Source: Diadema antillarum (taxonomy: Eukaryota). From it: 64,000 nucleotides of DNA. The stretch lies in assembly GCF_040938485.1 (NCBI RefSeq), contig NW_027270987.1, positions 2,232,001-2,296,000 on the forward strand. The letters are read 5' to 3'. Made by a program: the position numbers and the translations under genes. Within the stretch, counting starts at the first letter, position 1. Each line of letters starts with the position of its first letter. Below the pieces are notes generated by a model. The model did no database searches. It saw only the letters and a list, made by a program, of their open reading frames with translations, and had not been told where the DNA came from. Positions 63,365 through 64,000 of this stretch are shown one piece after another.

Positions 63365-63849
63365 CAAGCCAGAAATCTCAGGAAGGCAGTGAATAAATTT
63401 TTGATGAAAGTTCTTTCCCAGAGCTGTCAAGATATGTCTGGATATTATCTGCATCCCCTAATCATATCAAATATATCTACAATCAATAGACAGTGAACAG
63501 GAATGCCTCAGAGTAATACACCTTGTAATTTTGTTTGTCGTGGTTTGCTGCTAGCATTATGCCAGTTAAGTTATATACAAAGCCACTGTTCTCTGTCAGC
63601 ACTTTCAGAGTTCTTGTTCTAAATGAGTTGCCCCAATCAAAAGTGTTCCATTCCAGTATTTGCATGTGACATCCAAGTTTCTCGTCAGTGTTAGTATGGC
63701 TAGAATCACGAAAATCTTCTTGCTGTAAAGTTCTACCACATGGCTAGAATCATGAAAATCTTCTTGTTGTAATGACACATTGTGAATATTGCATCTGAGA
63801 TAAAGTATGTAATATACATTGATTAAATCCATTGCACACTCGGTTCCCT

Positions 63850-64000
63850 TATAGGGAACCCAAACCCAAAGAACAGTGTGGATTGAGTGAAAGCAGCAAC
63901 ACTAGTAGAACACATCAGTGAAATTTTTAATAAAATCGGACAATCGGTGCCAAAGTTATGAATTTTTGAAGTTTTGGTGTTGGAACTGCTGGATGAGGAG
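63850..64000. mobile_element. Left end of another Kolobok-like family copy (runs off the window)
   Basis: gtggattgagtgaaagcagcaa..tagtagaacacatcagtgaaa..aaagttatgaatttt..gctggatgaggag matches the left TIR of 37116-37684. Confidence 0.75.

Overview
This is AT-rich, intron-containing animal genomic DNA with three N gaps. The repeat types suggest a marine invertebrate deuterostome such as a sea urchin, but that is inference. Four host genes can be reconstructed from ORFs and GT-AG sites: (1) TMEM168 (minus, 3 coding exons, 695 aa); (2) an unnamed secreted protein (plus, 525 aa) with acidic, Gly-rich and Thr-rich segments and one Kazal domain; (3) cathepsin C/DPP-I (minus); (4) ARL8 (plus, last exon not found), head-to-head with CTSC across about 690 bp. 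A full-length DIRS1-type tyrosine-recombinase retrotransposon (25625-33437) has perfectly matching ITR/ICR sequences and a frameshifted pol. Its gag is interrupted by a 2.8-kb TA-flanked Tc1/mariner-type element carrying a ~71-bp tandem array. The standout observation is in CTSC. One set of exons 1-4 (signal peptide, exclusion domain, most of the propeptide) is followed by two intact, same-length, same-phase copies of exons 5+6, about 70% identical in protein. Each copy encodes a complete catalytic domain, and the distal copy has no 5' exons of its own. This points to one gene producing two or three different dipeptidyl-peptidase I enzymes by alternative terminal-cassette splicing. No CRISPR array, rRNA gene or bona fide tRNA gene was seen.
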